Positions 11,932 to 25,220 of a stretch of 64,000 nucleotides of DNA are shown in pieces. A model generated the notes under the pieces. The model was not told the origin of the DNA. It saw only the letters and a list, made by a program, of their open reading frames with translations, and made no database searches. This DNA is from Macrostomum hystrix (lineage: Eukaryota; Animalia; Platyhelminthes), in contig CATNEN010000038.1 in assembly GCA_950097015.1 (NCBI GenBank), forward strand, positions 26,722,001 to 26,786,000, given 5' to 3'. Position 1 is the first letter of the stretch; each line of letters begins with the position of its first letter. The translations under genes were made by a program, and so were the position numbers.

Positions 11932-12672
11932 TCACCGCACATGCATGGCTTCTGACCCTGGTGCTCCCTGTTGATGACTCGCAATGCACTTATTGGCCTC
12001 ATCGGTGGAGCAGGAGGCCTTGGAAACCCTCAGCGACAAGACGCACTGCTGCGATTCGTTCGTCGTTAGCGAGACAGCCGAGACGCGACAGCCCGGCTCG
12101 CAGTTGACATCAACCAGCAGCTGGCTTGGGAGGTCCACCGTAGCCAGCGTGGCCTCATTGTCAGCTGACGATCGGTCCATGGCTCGGCAGAGCTGCTGAC
12201 GGTCGAGCTCTAAGTGAAAGACCTTGCCGTTGCCATCCCCGTCGCATCGCACACCGTTGCTAATGCTGTTGCTACGGCTGGGGCTGCCTGTCGCATTGTA
12301 CCGACGGCTTTCATTGTTCTCGTAGCGACTTTTTTTTAGCTTTGTCAGGTCCGACACGGCAGCAGCAGGCTGGTTGTGCTGGACGACTGTCCTGAAGTGG
12401 TCACGACAGCCGGATGACTGGCTGCTGCTGCCGAGTTTCATGTCCCTGACTGTGTTGCTCACCAGACCAATCGAGCAGCTCTGATCTTCATCACTAGCTG
12501 AGTCATCGCTGCACGCGTAAGAGAATGTTCTCACGCATCTGCTGGCGACACGGGGAGAAACGGTGGACGGGCCGCTATTGACTAACCGCAGGACGTCCTG
12601 GTCGAGGCTCGACTTGACGACCGACTGTTGACACTGCTGTTTGCTGTTCCTGCTTCGGGTAGATGTTAACAT
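11932..12672 (-). CDS. Hypothetical Ser-rich protein, 246 aa, apparently single exon
   Basis: GC-richer, non-repetitive open frame in AT-rich flanks. ATG context aaaatcATG, and a minus-strand AATAAA at 11752-11747 downstream. No confidently recognised domain. Confidence 0.5.
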   Translation of the reverse strand: MLTSTRSRNSKQQCQQSVVKSSLDQDVLRLVNSGPSTVSPRVASRCVRTFSYACSDDSASDEDQSCSIGLVSNTVRDMKLGSSSQSSGCRDHFRTVVQHNQPAAAVSDLTKLKKSRYENNESRRYNATGSPSRSNSISNGVRCDGDGNGKVFHLELDRQQLCRAMDRSSADNEATLATVDLPSQLLVDVNCEPGCRVSAVSLTTNESQQCVLSLRVSKASCSTDEANKCIASHQQGAPGSEAMHVR

Positions 12673-13254
12673 GATTTTGGCAGGGTTTAAATAATTGGCA
12701 GTTGAGAACAGTGGATATACAAAGATAGCATCTGCAATATACTGATGATAGAATATGTTCTTTTCATATCCATGGCCGGTCGGCGCGAGGGCGGATGCTA
12801 ATTATTTTCATTGGCTAGAATTTATGCGATTATAGCCATAGACGAAAAAAATTCTCGGACACAGATAAATATAGCTTTTCTAGGACCACTAGAAGAAGAA
12901 GGACGGAGCACTTCGTTTCTATGAAAATTTATTAAAGGCCGATTTTCATGGAAAATGCACTAGTGAGATAGGAACTTTTCGCGTTTTTCACATAAAAATT
13001 TTGATAAATTTTTTTGGAAGCAGATCTAATGCTGTTCTTTTAATATATCTTGCAAAACATGCTGCTTCAACTAATTATAGAAAGCTTCATTCATGAATAA
13101 TTGATCTTCATTTTATTTTTGCTTATTTATCATCAAGCAAAATAGCAACCAATCAGACATAAAATTTGCCTATATTGCTTGGCCTACTGATTTGTTAATG
13201 AAAACATTGTTTATAATTGTCGTAATACACTTATAATTGAAGAGTAAGTGACTG

Positions 13255-13610
13255 TACTGACTAATTACTATATTAGTTGTGTCAGGTACTGACTGATTAC
13301 CATATTAGGTGTGTCAGGTACTGACTAATTACCATAATAGGTGTGTCAGGTACTGACTAATTAACATATTAGGTGTGTCAGGTACTGACTAATTACCATA
13401 TTAGGTGTGTCAGGTACTGACTAATTACCATATTAGGTGTGTCAGGTACTGACTAATTACCATATTAGGTGTGTCAGGTACTGACTAATTACCATATTAG
13501 TTGTGTCAGGTACTGACTAATTACCATATTAGGTGTGTCAGGTACTGACTAATTACCATATTAGGTGTGTCAGGTACTGACTAATTACCATATTAGGTGT
13601 GTCAGGTACT
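13255..13610. repeat. 32-bp minisatellite (CTGACTAATTACCATATTAGGTGTGTCAGGTA)
   Basis: About 11 tandem copies between the two divergent genes. Confidence 0.95.
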
Positions 13611-14099
13611 AAAAAACGACTAAAGATGTATCACGTACATCTCCCTGACATTCCCTGTCCCCAAAAAGGGGGTCGCTGCAGGTGTGTCACGTACTAAATC
13701 GTACGAAATTCACAATTTGACTAATTTACATTGTTAGGAAATTTTACAGAACGTACAGTACTCTAAGTAAATAAGCATGTTGTATGGCTGGTGAACTGTA
13801 CTTATTTGCCTGCTACTCTGAAACTTGAAATGAAAGGTGAGAAACAGCTCAGGTGTACTAATAAAGGTTCACAAATTGGATTAGATAAAAAGTGCGTCCT
13901 ATTTCCACAATGCTTCATCAGCTCCTGCCTACCTGTGTACGTACAATGGATCGCTAATACCCTTCCTCAGCGCATGCAGAAAACATCCCCTCCAAAAAGG
14001 TAAGCTTGTACGGCCTTAAAAACGGGATAGGCAAGTGCCCCCAAGCTCAACTGCATAATCAGCATCCTCAAAACCTGCCCTGCTCACCTGTCCTCACAG

Positions 14100-14434
14100 A
14101 TGCCCTGTGGCGCATTTCGCATCGTTCCAGTGAGGCGACTCCAGCGGCTTCTTCGCAGAGCTCGCTGCGCCAGACTCATCACCTGCCTGTTAGGAGTGCT
14201 GTTAGCATCCAGTCTGCTGCTTTTCATAGTTCGAAGCGGTGCAAGAGTCGCTGAGTCTGATCAACTAATGCTGGCTGAACCAAATCAGATTAGCAATAAA
14301 GTGTCATGGCCATCTGACAGCAATAGCTGGCATAACGGTTTCGATAGGATAGCAACTCCTAGAGCTCCGGTTGCGATTAATTTATCGACTACAACAACTC
14401 GATGGCTAACAAGAATAACAATCGGTTCTCAAAC
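14100..14434 (+). CDS. FkbM-like methyltransferase exon 1 (type II membrane anchor)
   Basis: ATG directly follows a cctcacag acceptor. Basic N-terminus, then LITCLLGVLLASSLLLFIV. The donor AC|gtaagt (phase 2) joins 15499 in frame. Confidence 0.65.
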
Positions 14435-14619
14435 GTAAGTTCGATCAACTGAGGAGGAGGGGTCGGAAGTTCGAATCTGAGCACAAGGAAGCGAGACGGT
14501 CGGGCGTCCTCTTAAGTCCACGGACTTAGGCAGATGTACACAGCCTTTGGAAGCGGCTAGGCCACAGACTGTACACCTGGCCCCAACTCTATGTCCGGTT
14601 GTGTTTCTTTATTGTAATG

Positions 14620-15410
14620 GTCTTTCAGCTGCCATTCAGTGGTCCTCCAATTGTTCTTCAGTGGTCCTTCAATCGTCCTTCAGTGGTCCTTCAATCGTCC
14701 TTCAGTGGTCCTTCAGTGGTCTTTCAATTGTTCTTCAGTGGTCCTTCAGTTGTCCTTCAGTGGTCCTTCAATTGTCCTTCAGTTGTCCTTCAATTGTCCT
14801 TCAGTGGTCCTTCAATTGTCCTTCAGTTGTCCTTCAATTTGGTCCTTTAATTGTCCTTCAGTGGTCCTTCAATTGTCCTTCAGTTGTCCTTCAATTGTCC
14901 TTCAGTTGTCCTTCAATTGTCCTTCAGTTGTCCTTCAATTTGGTCCTTTAATTGTCCTTCAGTGGTCCTTCAATTGTCCTTCAGTTGTCCTTCAATTGTC
15001 CTTCAGTTGTCCTTCAGTGGTCCTTCAATTGTCCTTCAGTTGTCCTTCAATTGTCCTTCAGTGGTCCTTCAATTGTCCTTCAGTTGTCCTTCAATTTGGT
15101 CCTTTAATTGTCCTTCAGTGGTCCTTCAATTGTCCTTCAGTTGTCCTTCAATTGTCCTTCAGTTGTCCTTCAATTGTCCTTCAGTGGTCCTTCAATTGTC
15201 CTTCAGTTGTCCTTCAATTGTCCTTCAGTGGTCCTTCAATTGTCCTTCAGTTATCCTTCAATTGTCCTTCAGTTGTCCTTCAATTGTCCTTCAGTTGTCC
15301 TTCAATTGTCCTTCAATTGTCCTTCAGTGGTCCTTCAATTTGGTCCTTCAATAGTCCTTCAGTTGTCCTTCAATTGTCCTTCAGTGGTCCTTCAATTGTC
15401 CTTTAGTGGA
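14620..15410. repeat. 11-bp minisatellite (GTCCTTCAATT / GTCCTTCAGTT / GTCCTTCAGTG)
   Basis: Tandem array in intron 1 of the FkbM-like gene. Confidence 0.95.
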
Positions 15411-15498
15411 CAATATACCAAAGCGCTGACGCAGGGACATTAATCCCAGGATCCCATTCCCAATTGTTTCTATAACCTATCTTATTTGTTGCCTGCAG

Positions 15499-16198
15499 GA
15501 AAGTCGCCCCCACAGAAGCCACCGGACCGCCTAACAGAGCCATTGTGAGACGCCAAGCTCAGCTGAAGTCGCTCAACAAATGCTGGGAGGTGAAGGATGA
15601 GCAGTTCCATCAGGCCACCTGGGATCAACTCTGTCACAGGCCTAGCAACCGAGCCAGTGGCCTCTGCTTCGTCAAGCGAATCGACAGCTTCCCGAAGCTG
15701 TCCAGTGAATACTCAGCCAGCCTGGAGTCCCTGGCGATAAAGTTGCGGACATACTCCAGCGAAGACGAGGCGTCAAGACAACTTCTGGCTGACTCTGACT
15801 GGGGCAACGAGGCCGTGGAGACGGTGCTGGAACTGCTGGGCGGAAAGGACGAAACCAACCACGCTCACTGGCTGTTGGATGTCGGCTCCGGCCTGGGTGT
15901 ATTCACCCTAGCAACCGTTGCTAGGGGTCGCTGGGCAGCCGCTGTGGATGCGAATCATCACAGCCTGGCTCGCCTGGCCGCGTCTCTGAGCGGCGCAGCG
16001 GCTGTTGGCGCCGCAGTCGCTGGCGACGCTGATACTGGGCAGGACAAGAAATCGGCGAGAACACAGAACAAGATCACAGCCAAACTGTTTTGGAACGCGA
16101 TGGAGTCGGCGCCACAAACTGCTATTGGAAGCAACAGCAGCAGCAGCAGAACCAGCAAAAAGGGCCTTGAAAGTGGCCGACGAATGCTTGCGTACAAA
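15499..16198 (+). CDS. FkbM-like methyltransferase exon 2 (SAM-binding motif I)
   Basis: gcctgcag|G acceptor. WLLDVGSGLGVFTLATVARGRWAAAVDANHHSLARLAASL...KLFWNAM. Donor AAA|gtgagc, phase 0. Confidence 0.75.
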
Positions 16199-16221
16199 GT
16201 GAGCATAGAGTGGCTAATTTT

Positions 16222-19200
16222 TAGAATCGGTCCAGGTGCTAAAGAGTCCCGATTCCAAAGAGTCCCGATTCCAAAGAGTCCCGATTCCAAAGAGTCCCGA
16301 TTCCAAAGAGTTCCGATTCCAAAGAGTTCGGATGCCAAAGAGTCCCGATTCCAAAGAGTTCGGATGCCAAAGAGTCCCGATTCCAAAGAGTCCCGATTCC
16401 AAAGACTCCCGATTCCAAAGAGTTCCGATGCCAAAGAGTCCCGATTCCAAAGAGTTCGGATGCCAAAGAGTCCCGATTCCAAAGAGTCCCGATTCCAAAG
16501 AGTCCCGATTCCAAAGAGTTCCGATTCCAAAGAGTCCCGATGCTAAAGAGTCCCGATTCCAAAGAGTTCGGATGCTAAAAAGTCCCGATTCCAAAGAGTT
16601 CGGATGCCAAAGAGTCCCGATTCCAAAGAGTCCCGATTCCAAAGAGTCCAGATTCCAAAGAGTCCCGATTCCAAAGAGTTCCGATTCCAAAGAGTCCCGA
16701 TGCTAAAGAGTCCCGATTCCAAAGAGTTCGGATGCTAAAAAGTCCCGATTCCAAAGAGTTCGGATGCCAAAGAGTCCCGATTCCAAAGAGTCCCGATTCC
16801 AAAGAGTCCCGATTCCAAAGAGTTCCGATTCCAAAGAGTCCCGATGCTAAAGAGTCCCGATTCCAAAGAGTTCGGATGCTAAAAAGTCCCGATTTCAAAG
16901 AGTTCGGATGCCAAAGAGACCCGATTCCAAAGAGTCCCGATTCCAAAGAGTTCAGATGCCAAAGAGACCCGATTCCAAAGAGTCCCGATTCCAAAGAGTT
17001 CGGATGCCAAAGAGTCCCGATTCCAAAGAGTTCGGATGCCAAAGAGTCCCGATCCCAAAGAGTCCCGATTCCAAATAGTCCAGATGCTAAAGAGTCCCGA
17101 TTCCATAGAGTCCAGATGCCAAAGAGTCCCGATTCCAAAGAGTTCCGATTCCAAAGAGTCCCGATTCCAAAGAGTTCGGATGCTAAAGAGTCCCGATTCC
17201 AAAGAGTCCCGATTCCAAAGAGTCCCGATTCCAAAGAGTCCCGATTCCAAAGAGTTCGGATGCCAAAGAGTCCCGATTCCAAAGAGTTCGGATGCCAAAG
17301 AGTCCTGATTCCAAAGAGTCCCGATGCTAAAGAGTCCCGATTCCAAAGAGTTCGGATGCCAAAGAGTCCTGATTCCAAAGAGTCCCGATGCTAAAGAGTC
17401 CCGATTCCAAAGAGTTCGGATGCTAAAGAGTCCCGATTCCAAAGAGTTCGGATGCCAAAGAGTCCTGATTCCAAAGAGTCCCGATGCTAAAGAGTCCCGA
17501 TTCCAAAGAGTCCCGATTCCAAAGAGTCCCGATTCTAAAGAGTCCCGATGCCAAAGAGTCCAGATGCTAAAGAGTCCCGATTCCAAAGAGTCCCGATTCC
17601 AAAGAGTCCCGATTCTAAAGAGTCCCGATGCCAAAGAGTCCCGATTCCAAAGAGTCCCGATGCCAAAGAGTCCCGATTCCAAAGAGTTCGGATGCCAAAG
17701 AGTCCCGATTCCAAAGAGTCCCGATGCCAAAGAGTCCCGATTCCAAAGAGTCCAGATGCTAAAGAGTCCCGATTCCAAAGAGTCCCGATTCCAAAGAGTC
17801 CCGATGCCAAAGAGTCCCGATTCCAAAGAGTCCCGATTCCAAAGAGTTCGGATGCCAAAGAGTCCCGATTCCAAAGAGTCCCGATTCCAAAGAGTCCTGA
17901 TTCCAAAGAGTCCCGATTCCAAAGAGTCCCGATTCAAAAGAGTCCCGATTCAAAAGAGTCCCGATTCCAAAGAGTCCCGATTCCAAAGAGTCCCGATTCC
18001 AAAGAGTCCCGATTCCAAAGAGTCCCGATTCCAAAGAGTCCCGATTCCAAAGAGTCCCGATTCCAAAGAGTCCCGATTCCAAAGAGTTCCGATTCCAAAG
18101 AGTTCGGATGCCAAAGAGTCCCGATTCCAAAGAGTCCCGATTCCAAAGAGTCCAGATGCTAAAGAGTCCCGATTCCAAAGAGTTCGGATGCCAAAGAGTC
18201 CTGATTCCAAAGAGTCCCGATTCCAAAGAGTCCCGATGCTAAAGAGTCCCGATTCCAAAGAGTTCGGATGCTAAAGAGTCCCGATTCCAAAGAGTTCGGA
18301 TGCCAAAGAGTCCCGATTCCAAAAAGTCCCGATGCTAAAGAGTCCCGATTCCAAAGAGTCCCGATTCCAAAGAGTCCCGATTCCAAAGAGTCCCGATTCC
18401 AAAGAGACCCGATTCCAAAGAGTCCCGATTCCAAAGAGTTCGGATGCCAAAGAGTCCCGATTCCAAAGAGTCCCGATGCTAAAGAGTCCCGATTCCAAAG
18501 AGTCCCGATTCCAAAGAGTCCCGATGCTAAAGAGTCCCGATTCCAAAGAGTCCCGATTCCAAAGAGTCCCGATTCCAAAGAGTCCCGATTCCAAAGAGAC
18601 CCGATTCCAAAGAGTCCCGATTCCAAAGAGTCCCGATTCCAAAGAGTCCCGATTCCAAAGAGTCCCGATTCCAAAGAGTTCGGATGCCAAAGAGTCCCGA
18701 TTCTAAAGAGTCCTGATGCTAAAGAGTCCCGATTCCAAAGAGTTCGGATGCTAAAGAGTCCCGATTCCAAAGAGTTTGGATGCCAAAGAGACCCGATTCC
18801 AAAGAGTTCGGATGCCAAAGAGTCCCGATTCCAAAGAGTCCCGATTCCAAATAGTCCAGATGCTAAAGAGTCCCGATTCCAAAGAGTCCAGATGCCAAAG
18901 AGTCCCGATTCCAAAGAGTCCCGATTCCAAAGAGTCCCGATTTCAAAGAGTTCGGATGCCAAAGAGTCCCGATTCCAAAGAGTCCCGATTCCAAAGAGTC
19001 CCGATTCCAAAGAGTCCCGATTCCAAAGAGTTCCGATTCCAAAGAGTCCCGATGCTAAAGAGTCCCGATTCCAAAGAGTTCGGATGCTAAAAAGTCCCGA
19101 TTTCAAAGAGTTCGGATGCCAAAGAGACCCGATTCCAAAGAGTCCCGATTCCAAAGAGTTCAGATGCCAAAGAGACCCGATTCCAAAGAGTCCCGATTCC

Positions 19201-22200
19201 AAAGAGTTCGGATGCCAAAGAGTCCCGATTCCAAAGAGTTCGGATGCCAAAGAGTCCCGATCCCAAAGAGTCCCGATTCCAAATAGTCCAGATGCTAAAG
19301 AGTCCCGATTCCAAAGAGTCCATATGCCAAAGAGTCCCGATTCCAAAGAGTTCCGATTCCAAAGAGTCCCGATTCCAAAGAGTTCGGATGCTAAAGAGTC
19401 CCGATTCCAAAGAGTCCCGATTCCAAAGAGTCCCGATTCCAAAGAGTCCCGATTCCAAAGAGTTCGGATGCCAAAGAGTCCCGATTCCAAAGAGTTCGGA
19501 TGCCAAAGAGTCCTGATTCCAAAGAGTCCCGATGCTAAAGAGTCCCGATTCCAAAGAGTTCGGATGCCAAAGAGTCCTGATTCCAAAGAGTCCCGATGCT
19601 AAAGAGTCCCGATTCCAAAGAGTTCGGATGCTAAAGAGTCCCGATTCCAAAGAGTTCGGATGCCAAAGAGTCCTGATTCCAAAGAGTCCCGATGCTAAAG
19701 AGTCCCGATTCCAAAGAGTCCCGATTCCAAAGAGTCCCGATTCTAAAGAGTCCCGATGCCAAAGAGTCCAGATGCTAAAGAGTCCCGATTCCAAAGAGTC
19801 CCGATTCCAAAGAGTCCCGATTCTAAAGAGTCCCGATGCCAAAGAGTCCCGATTCCAAAGAGTCCCGATGCCAAAGAGTCCCGATTCCAAAGAGTTCGGA
19901 TGCCAAAGAGTCCCGATTCCAAAGAGTCCCGATGCCAAGGAGTCCCGATTCCAAAGAGTCCAGATGCTAAAGAGTCCCGATTCCAAAGAGTCCCGATTCC
20001 AAAGAGTCCCGATGCCAAAGAGTCCCGATTCCAAAGAGTCCCGATTCCAAAGAGTTCGGATGCCAAAGAGTCCCGATTCCAAAGAGTCCCGATTCCAAAG
20101 AGTCCCGATTCCAAAGAGTCCCGATTCAAAAGAGTCCCGATTCCAAAGAGTCCCGATTCCAAAGAGTCCCGATTCCAAAGAGTCCCGATTCCAAAGAGTC
20201 CCGATTCCAAAGAGTCCCGATTCCAAAGAGTCCCGATTCCAAAGAGTCCCGATTCCAAAGAGTTCCGATTCCAAAGAGTTCGGATGCCAAAGAGTCCCGA
20301 TTCCAAAGAGTCCCGATTCCAAAGAGTCCAGATGCTAAAGAGTCCCGATTCCAAAGAGTTCGGATGCCAAAGAGTCCTGATTCCAAAGAGTCCCGATTCC
20401 AAAGAGTCCCGATGCTAAAGAGTCCCGATTCCAAAGAGTTCGGATGCTAAAGAGTCCCGATTCCAAAGAGTTCGGATGCCAAAGAGTCCCGATTCCAAAA
20501 AGTCCCGATGCTAAAGAGTCCCGATTCCAAAGAGTCCCGATTCCAAAGAGTCCCGATTCCAAAGAGTCCCGATTCCAAAGAGACCCGATTCCAAAGAGTC
20601 CCGATTCCAAAGAGTTCGGATGCCAAAGAGTCCCGATTCCAAAGAGTCCCGATGCTAAAGAGTCCCGATTCCAAAGAGTCCCGATTCCAAAGAGTCCCGA
20701 TGCTAAAGAGTCCCGATTCCAAAGAGTCCCGATTCCAAAGAGTCCCGATTCCAAAGAGTCCCGATTCCAAAGAGACCCGATTCCAAAGAGTCCCGATTCC
20801 AAAGAGTCCCGATTCCAAAGAGTCCCGATTCCAAAGAGTCCCGATTCCAAAGAGTTCGGATGCCAAAGAGTCCCGATTCTAAAGAGTCCTGATGCTAAAG
20901 AGTCCCGATTCCAAAGAGTTCGGATGCTAAAGAGTCCCGATTCCAAAGAGTTTGGATGCCAAAGAGACCCGATTCCAAAGAGTTCGGATGCCAAAGAGTC
21001 CCGATTCCAAAGAGTCCCGATTCCAAATAGTCCAGATGCTAAAGAGTCCCGATTCCAAAGAGTCCAGATGCCAAAGAGTCCCGATTCCAAAGAGTCCCGA
21101 TTCCAAAGAGTCCCGATTTCAAAGAGTTCGGATGCCAAAGAGTCCCGATTCCAAAGAGTCCCGATTCCAAAGAGTCCAGATGCTAAAGAGTCCAGATGCT
21201 AAAGAGTCCCGATTCCAAAGAGTCCCGATTCCAAAGAGTCCCGATTCCAAAGAGTCCCTATTCCAAAGAGTCCCGATTCCAAAGAGTCCCGATTCCAAAG
21301 AGTCCCGATTCCAAAGAGTCCCTATTCCAAAGAGTCCCGATTCCAAAGAGTCCCGATTCCAAAGAGTCCCGATGCCAAAGAGTCCCGATTCCAAAGAGTT
21401 CGGATGCCAAAGAGTCCCGATTCCAAAGAGTTCGGATGCCAAAGAGTCCCGATTCCAAAGAGTTCCGATGCCGAAGAGTCCCGATTCCAAAGAGTCCCGA
21501 TTCCAAAGAGTCCCGATTCCAAAGAGTTCGGATGCCAAAGAGTCCCGATTCCAAAGAGTCCCGATTCCAAAGAGTCCCGATTCCAAAGAGTTCCGATTCC
21601 AAAGAGTCCTGATTCCAAAGAGTCCCGATTCCAGAGAGTTCGGATGTTAAAAAGTCCCGATTCCAAAGAGTTCGGATGCCAAAGAGTCCCGATTCCAAAG
21701 AGTCCCGATTCCAAAGAGTCCAGATTCCAAAGAGTCCCGATTCCAAAGAGTTCCGATTCCAAAGAGTCCCGATGCTAAAGAGTCCCGATTCCAAAGAGTT
21801 CGGATGCTAAAAAGTCCCGATTCCAAAGAGTTCGGATGCCAAAGAGTCCCGATTCCAAAGAGTCCCGATTCCAAAGAGTCCCGATTCCAAAGAGTTCCGA
21901 TTCCAAAGAGTCCCGATGCTAAAGAGTCCCGATTCCAAAGAGTTCGGATGCTAAAAAGTCCCGATTCCAAAGAGTTCGGATGCCAAAGAGACCCGATTCC
22001 AAAGAGTCCCGATTCCAAAGAGTTCGGATGCCAAAGAGACCCGATTCCAAAGAGTCCCGATTCCAAAGAGTTTGGATGCCAAAGAGTCCCGATTCCAAAG
22101 AGTTCGGATGCCAAAGAGTCCCGATTCCAAAGAGTCCAGATGCTAAAGAGTCCCGATTCCAAAGAGTCCCGATTCCAAAGAGTCCCGATTCCAAAGAGTT

Positions 22201-24322
22201 CGGATGCCAAAGAGTCCCGATTCCAAAGAGTTCGGATGCCAAAGAGTCCTGATTCCAAAGAGTCCCGATGCTAAAGAGTCCCGATTCCAAAGAGTTCGGA
22301 TGCTAAAAAGTCCCGATTCCAAAGAGTTCGGATGCCAAAGAGTCCCGATTCCAAAGAGTCCAGATGCTAAAGAGTCCCGATTCCAAAGAGTTCGGATGCC
22401 AAAGAGTCCTGATTCCAAAGAGTCCCGATGCTAAAGAGTCCCGATTCCAAAGAGTCCCGATGCCAAAGAGTCCAGATGCTAAAGAGTCCCGATTCCAAAG
22501 AGTCCCGATTCTAAAGAGTTTCCGATGCCAAAGAGTCCCGATTCCAAAGAGTCCCGATGCCAAAGAGTCCCGATTCCAAAGAGTTCGGATGCCAAAGAGT
22601 CCCGATTCCAAAGAGTCCCGATGCCAAAGAGTCCCGATTCCAAAGAGTCCAGATGCTAAAGAGTCCCGATTCCAAAGAGTCCCGATTCCAAAGAGTCCCG
22701 ATGCCAAAGAGTCCCGATTCCAAAGAGTCCCGATTCCAAAGAGTTCGGATGCCAAAGAGTCCCGATTCCAAAGAGTTCGGATGCCAAATAGTCCCGATTC
22801 CAAAGAGTCCCGATTCCAAAGAGTTCGGATGCCAAAGAGTCCCGATTCCAAAGAGTTCGGATGCTAAAGAGTCCCGATTCCAAAGAGTTCGGATGCCAAA
22901 GAGTCCCGATTCCAAAGAGTTCGGATGCCAAAGAGTCCCGATTCCAAAGAGTCCCGATTCCAAAGACTTCCGATGCCAAAGAGTCCCGATTCCAAAGAGT
23001 CCCGATTCCAAAGAGTCCCGATTCCAAAGAGTCCCGATTCGAAAGAGTCCCGATTCCAAAGAGTCCCGATTCCAAAGAGTCCCGATTCAAAAGAGTCCCG
23101 ATTCCAAAGAGTCCCGATTCCAAAGAGTCCCGATTCCAAAGAGTCCCGATTCCAAAGAGTCCCGATTCCAAAGAGTTCCGATTCCAAAGAGTTCGGATGC
23201 CAAAGAGTCCCGATTCCAAAGAGTCCCGATTCCAAAGAGTCCAGATGCCAAAGAGTCCCGATTCCAAAGAGTTCGGATGCCAAAGAGTCCTGATTCCAAA
23301 GAGTCCCGATTCCAAAGAGTCCCGATGCTAAAGAGTCCCGATTCCAAAGAGTTCGGATGCTAAAGAGTCCCGATTCCAAAGAGTTCGGATGCCAAAGAGT
23401 CCCGATTCCAAAGAGTCCCGATGCTAAAGAGTCCCGATTCCAAAGAGTCCCGATTCCAAAGAGTCCCGATTCCAAAGAGTCCCGATTCCAAAGAGACCCG
23501 ATTCCAAAGAGTCCCGATTCCAAAGAGTCCCGATTCCAAAGAGTCCCGATTCCAAAGAGTCCCGATGCTAAAGAGTCCCGATTCCAAAGAGTCCCGATTC
23601 CAAAGAGTCCCGATTCCAAAGAGTCCCGATTCCAAAGAGACCCGATTCCAAAGAGTCCCGATTCCAAAGAGTCCCGATTCCAAAGAGTCCCGATTCCAAA
23701 GAGTCCCGATTCCAAAGAGTTCGGATGCCAAAGAGTCCCGATTCTAAAGAGTCCCGATGCTAAAGAGTCCCGATTCCAAAGAGTTCGGATGCTAAAGAGT
23801 CCCGATTCCAAAGAGTTTGGATGCCAAAGAGACCCGATTCCAAAGAGTTCGGATGCCAAAGAGTCCCGATTCCAAAGAGTCCCGATTCCAAATAGTCCAG
23901 ATGCTAAAGAGTCCCGATTCCAAAGAGTCCCGATTCCAAAGAGTCCCGATTCCAAAGAGTTCGGATGCCAAAGAGTCCCGATTCCAAAGAGTCCCGATTC
24001 CAAAGAGTCCAGATGCTAAAGAGTCCAGATGCTAAAGAGTCCCGATTCCAAAGAGTCCCGATTCCAAAGAGTCCCGATTCCAAAGAGTCCCTATTCCAAA
24101 GAGTCCCGATTCCAAAGAGTCCCGATTCCAAAGAGTCCCGATTCCAAAGAGTCCCTATTCCAAAGAGTCCCGATTCCAAAGAGTCCCGATTCCAAAGAGT
24201 CCCGATTCCAAAGAGTCCCGATTCCAAAGAGTTCGGATGCCAAAGAGTCCCGATTCCAAAGAGTTCGGATGCCAAAGAGTCCCGATTCCAAAGAGTTCCG
24301 ATGCCAAAGAGTCCCGATTAAA
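16222..24322. repeat. 16-bp satellite (CCAAAGAGTCCCGATT), about 8.1 kb, with higher-order duplications
   Basis: Tandem units start about 25-30 bp after the exon 2 donor. Variant patterns repeat at a 2176-bp offset (e.g. 18146/20322, 18258/20434, 18690/20866). Confidence 0.98.
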
Positions 24323-24535
24323 AGAGGCTCTTAACAAAAGAAAGACCATGCACGGGGAAGGTTAAAATCTTTCAAATACCCACATTTTTCTTTTCTCAGT
24401 ATCTCCTAAAATATTTAAACTATCGCCATTTAAATTCGTAAAAAGCTATAAGCATTCGCTCAATCCGATTAGACGAATTCCAGCATCGCAAAACATCGGC
24501 ATCGTCGAGACATTCGTCGACTTTCGTCGGTGTGT

Positions 24536-24751
24536 CTCTTTAGAATCGGAACTCTTAACAGTCGGGACTCTTTAGAATCGGAACTCTTAACAGTCGGGAC
24601 TCTTTAGAATCGGAACTTTTAACAGTCGGGACTCTTTGGAATCGGGACTCATTAGAATCGGGACTCTTTAGAATCGAGACTCTTTGTAATCGGGACTCTT
24701 GAGAATCGGGACTCTTTAGCATCTGGACTCTTTAGAATCGAAACTCTTTAG
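24536..24751. repeat. Inverted arm of the same 16-bp satellite (TAGAATCGGGACTCTT)
   Basis: Reverse-complement units facing the large array across a unique spacer of about 215 bp. Confidence 0.9.
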
Positions 24752-24752
24752 A

Positions 24753-24965
24753 CCTTGTCACCTGGTCAAGAGTTGCCCTTGTCACCTGGGCCACGGAGCA
24801 ATAAGAGTTGCCCTTGTCACCTGGGCCACGGAGCAATAAGAGTTGCCCTTGTCACCTGGGTCACGGAGCAATAAGAGTTGCCCTTGTCACCTGGGCCACG
24901 GAGCAATAAGAGTTGCCCTTGTCACCTGGCCACGGAGCAATAAGAGTTGCCCTTGTCACCTGGGT
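24753..24965. repeat. 35-bp minisatellite (CCTTGTCACCTGGGCCACGGAGCAATAAGAGTTGC)
   Basis: About 6 tandem copies directly abutting the inverted 16-bp arm. Confidence 0.93.
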
Positions 24966-25220
24966 CTCCGACAAGAATTGCTAGTCAGCGATGCTGACTC
25001 GGCTTTGAAAGTTATTTCATCGTATAAAGTGCCTACAATTTTTATTCAGATTGTGAACCTTCACGAAAATCAGTCATTCGGTTTGGGAACTATCGGGAAG
25101 TTGGCAGTGGGCATTTGAAATTACCTCCCCTGGTCTTTCCCCTGAGGGAAAATTGCTGGGTCTTTTACAGTTCAATAACGCCAAAATGGGCCGTTTTTCA
25201 CACTTCACCACACCTTGCAG

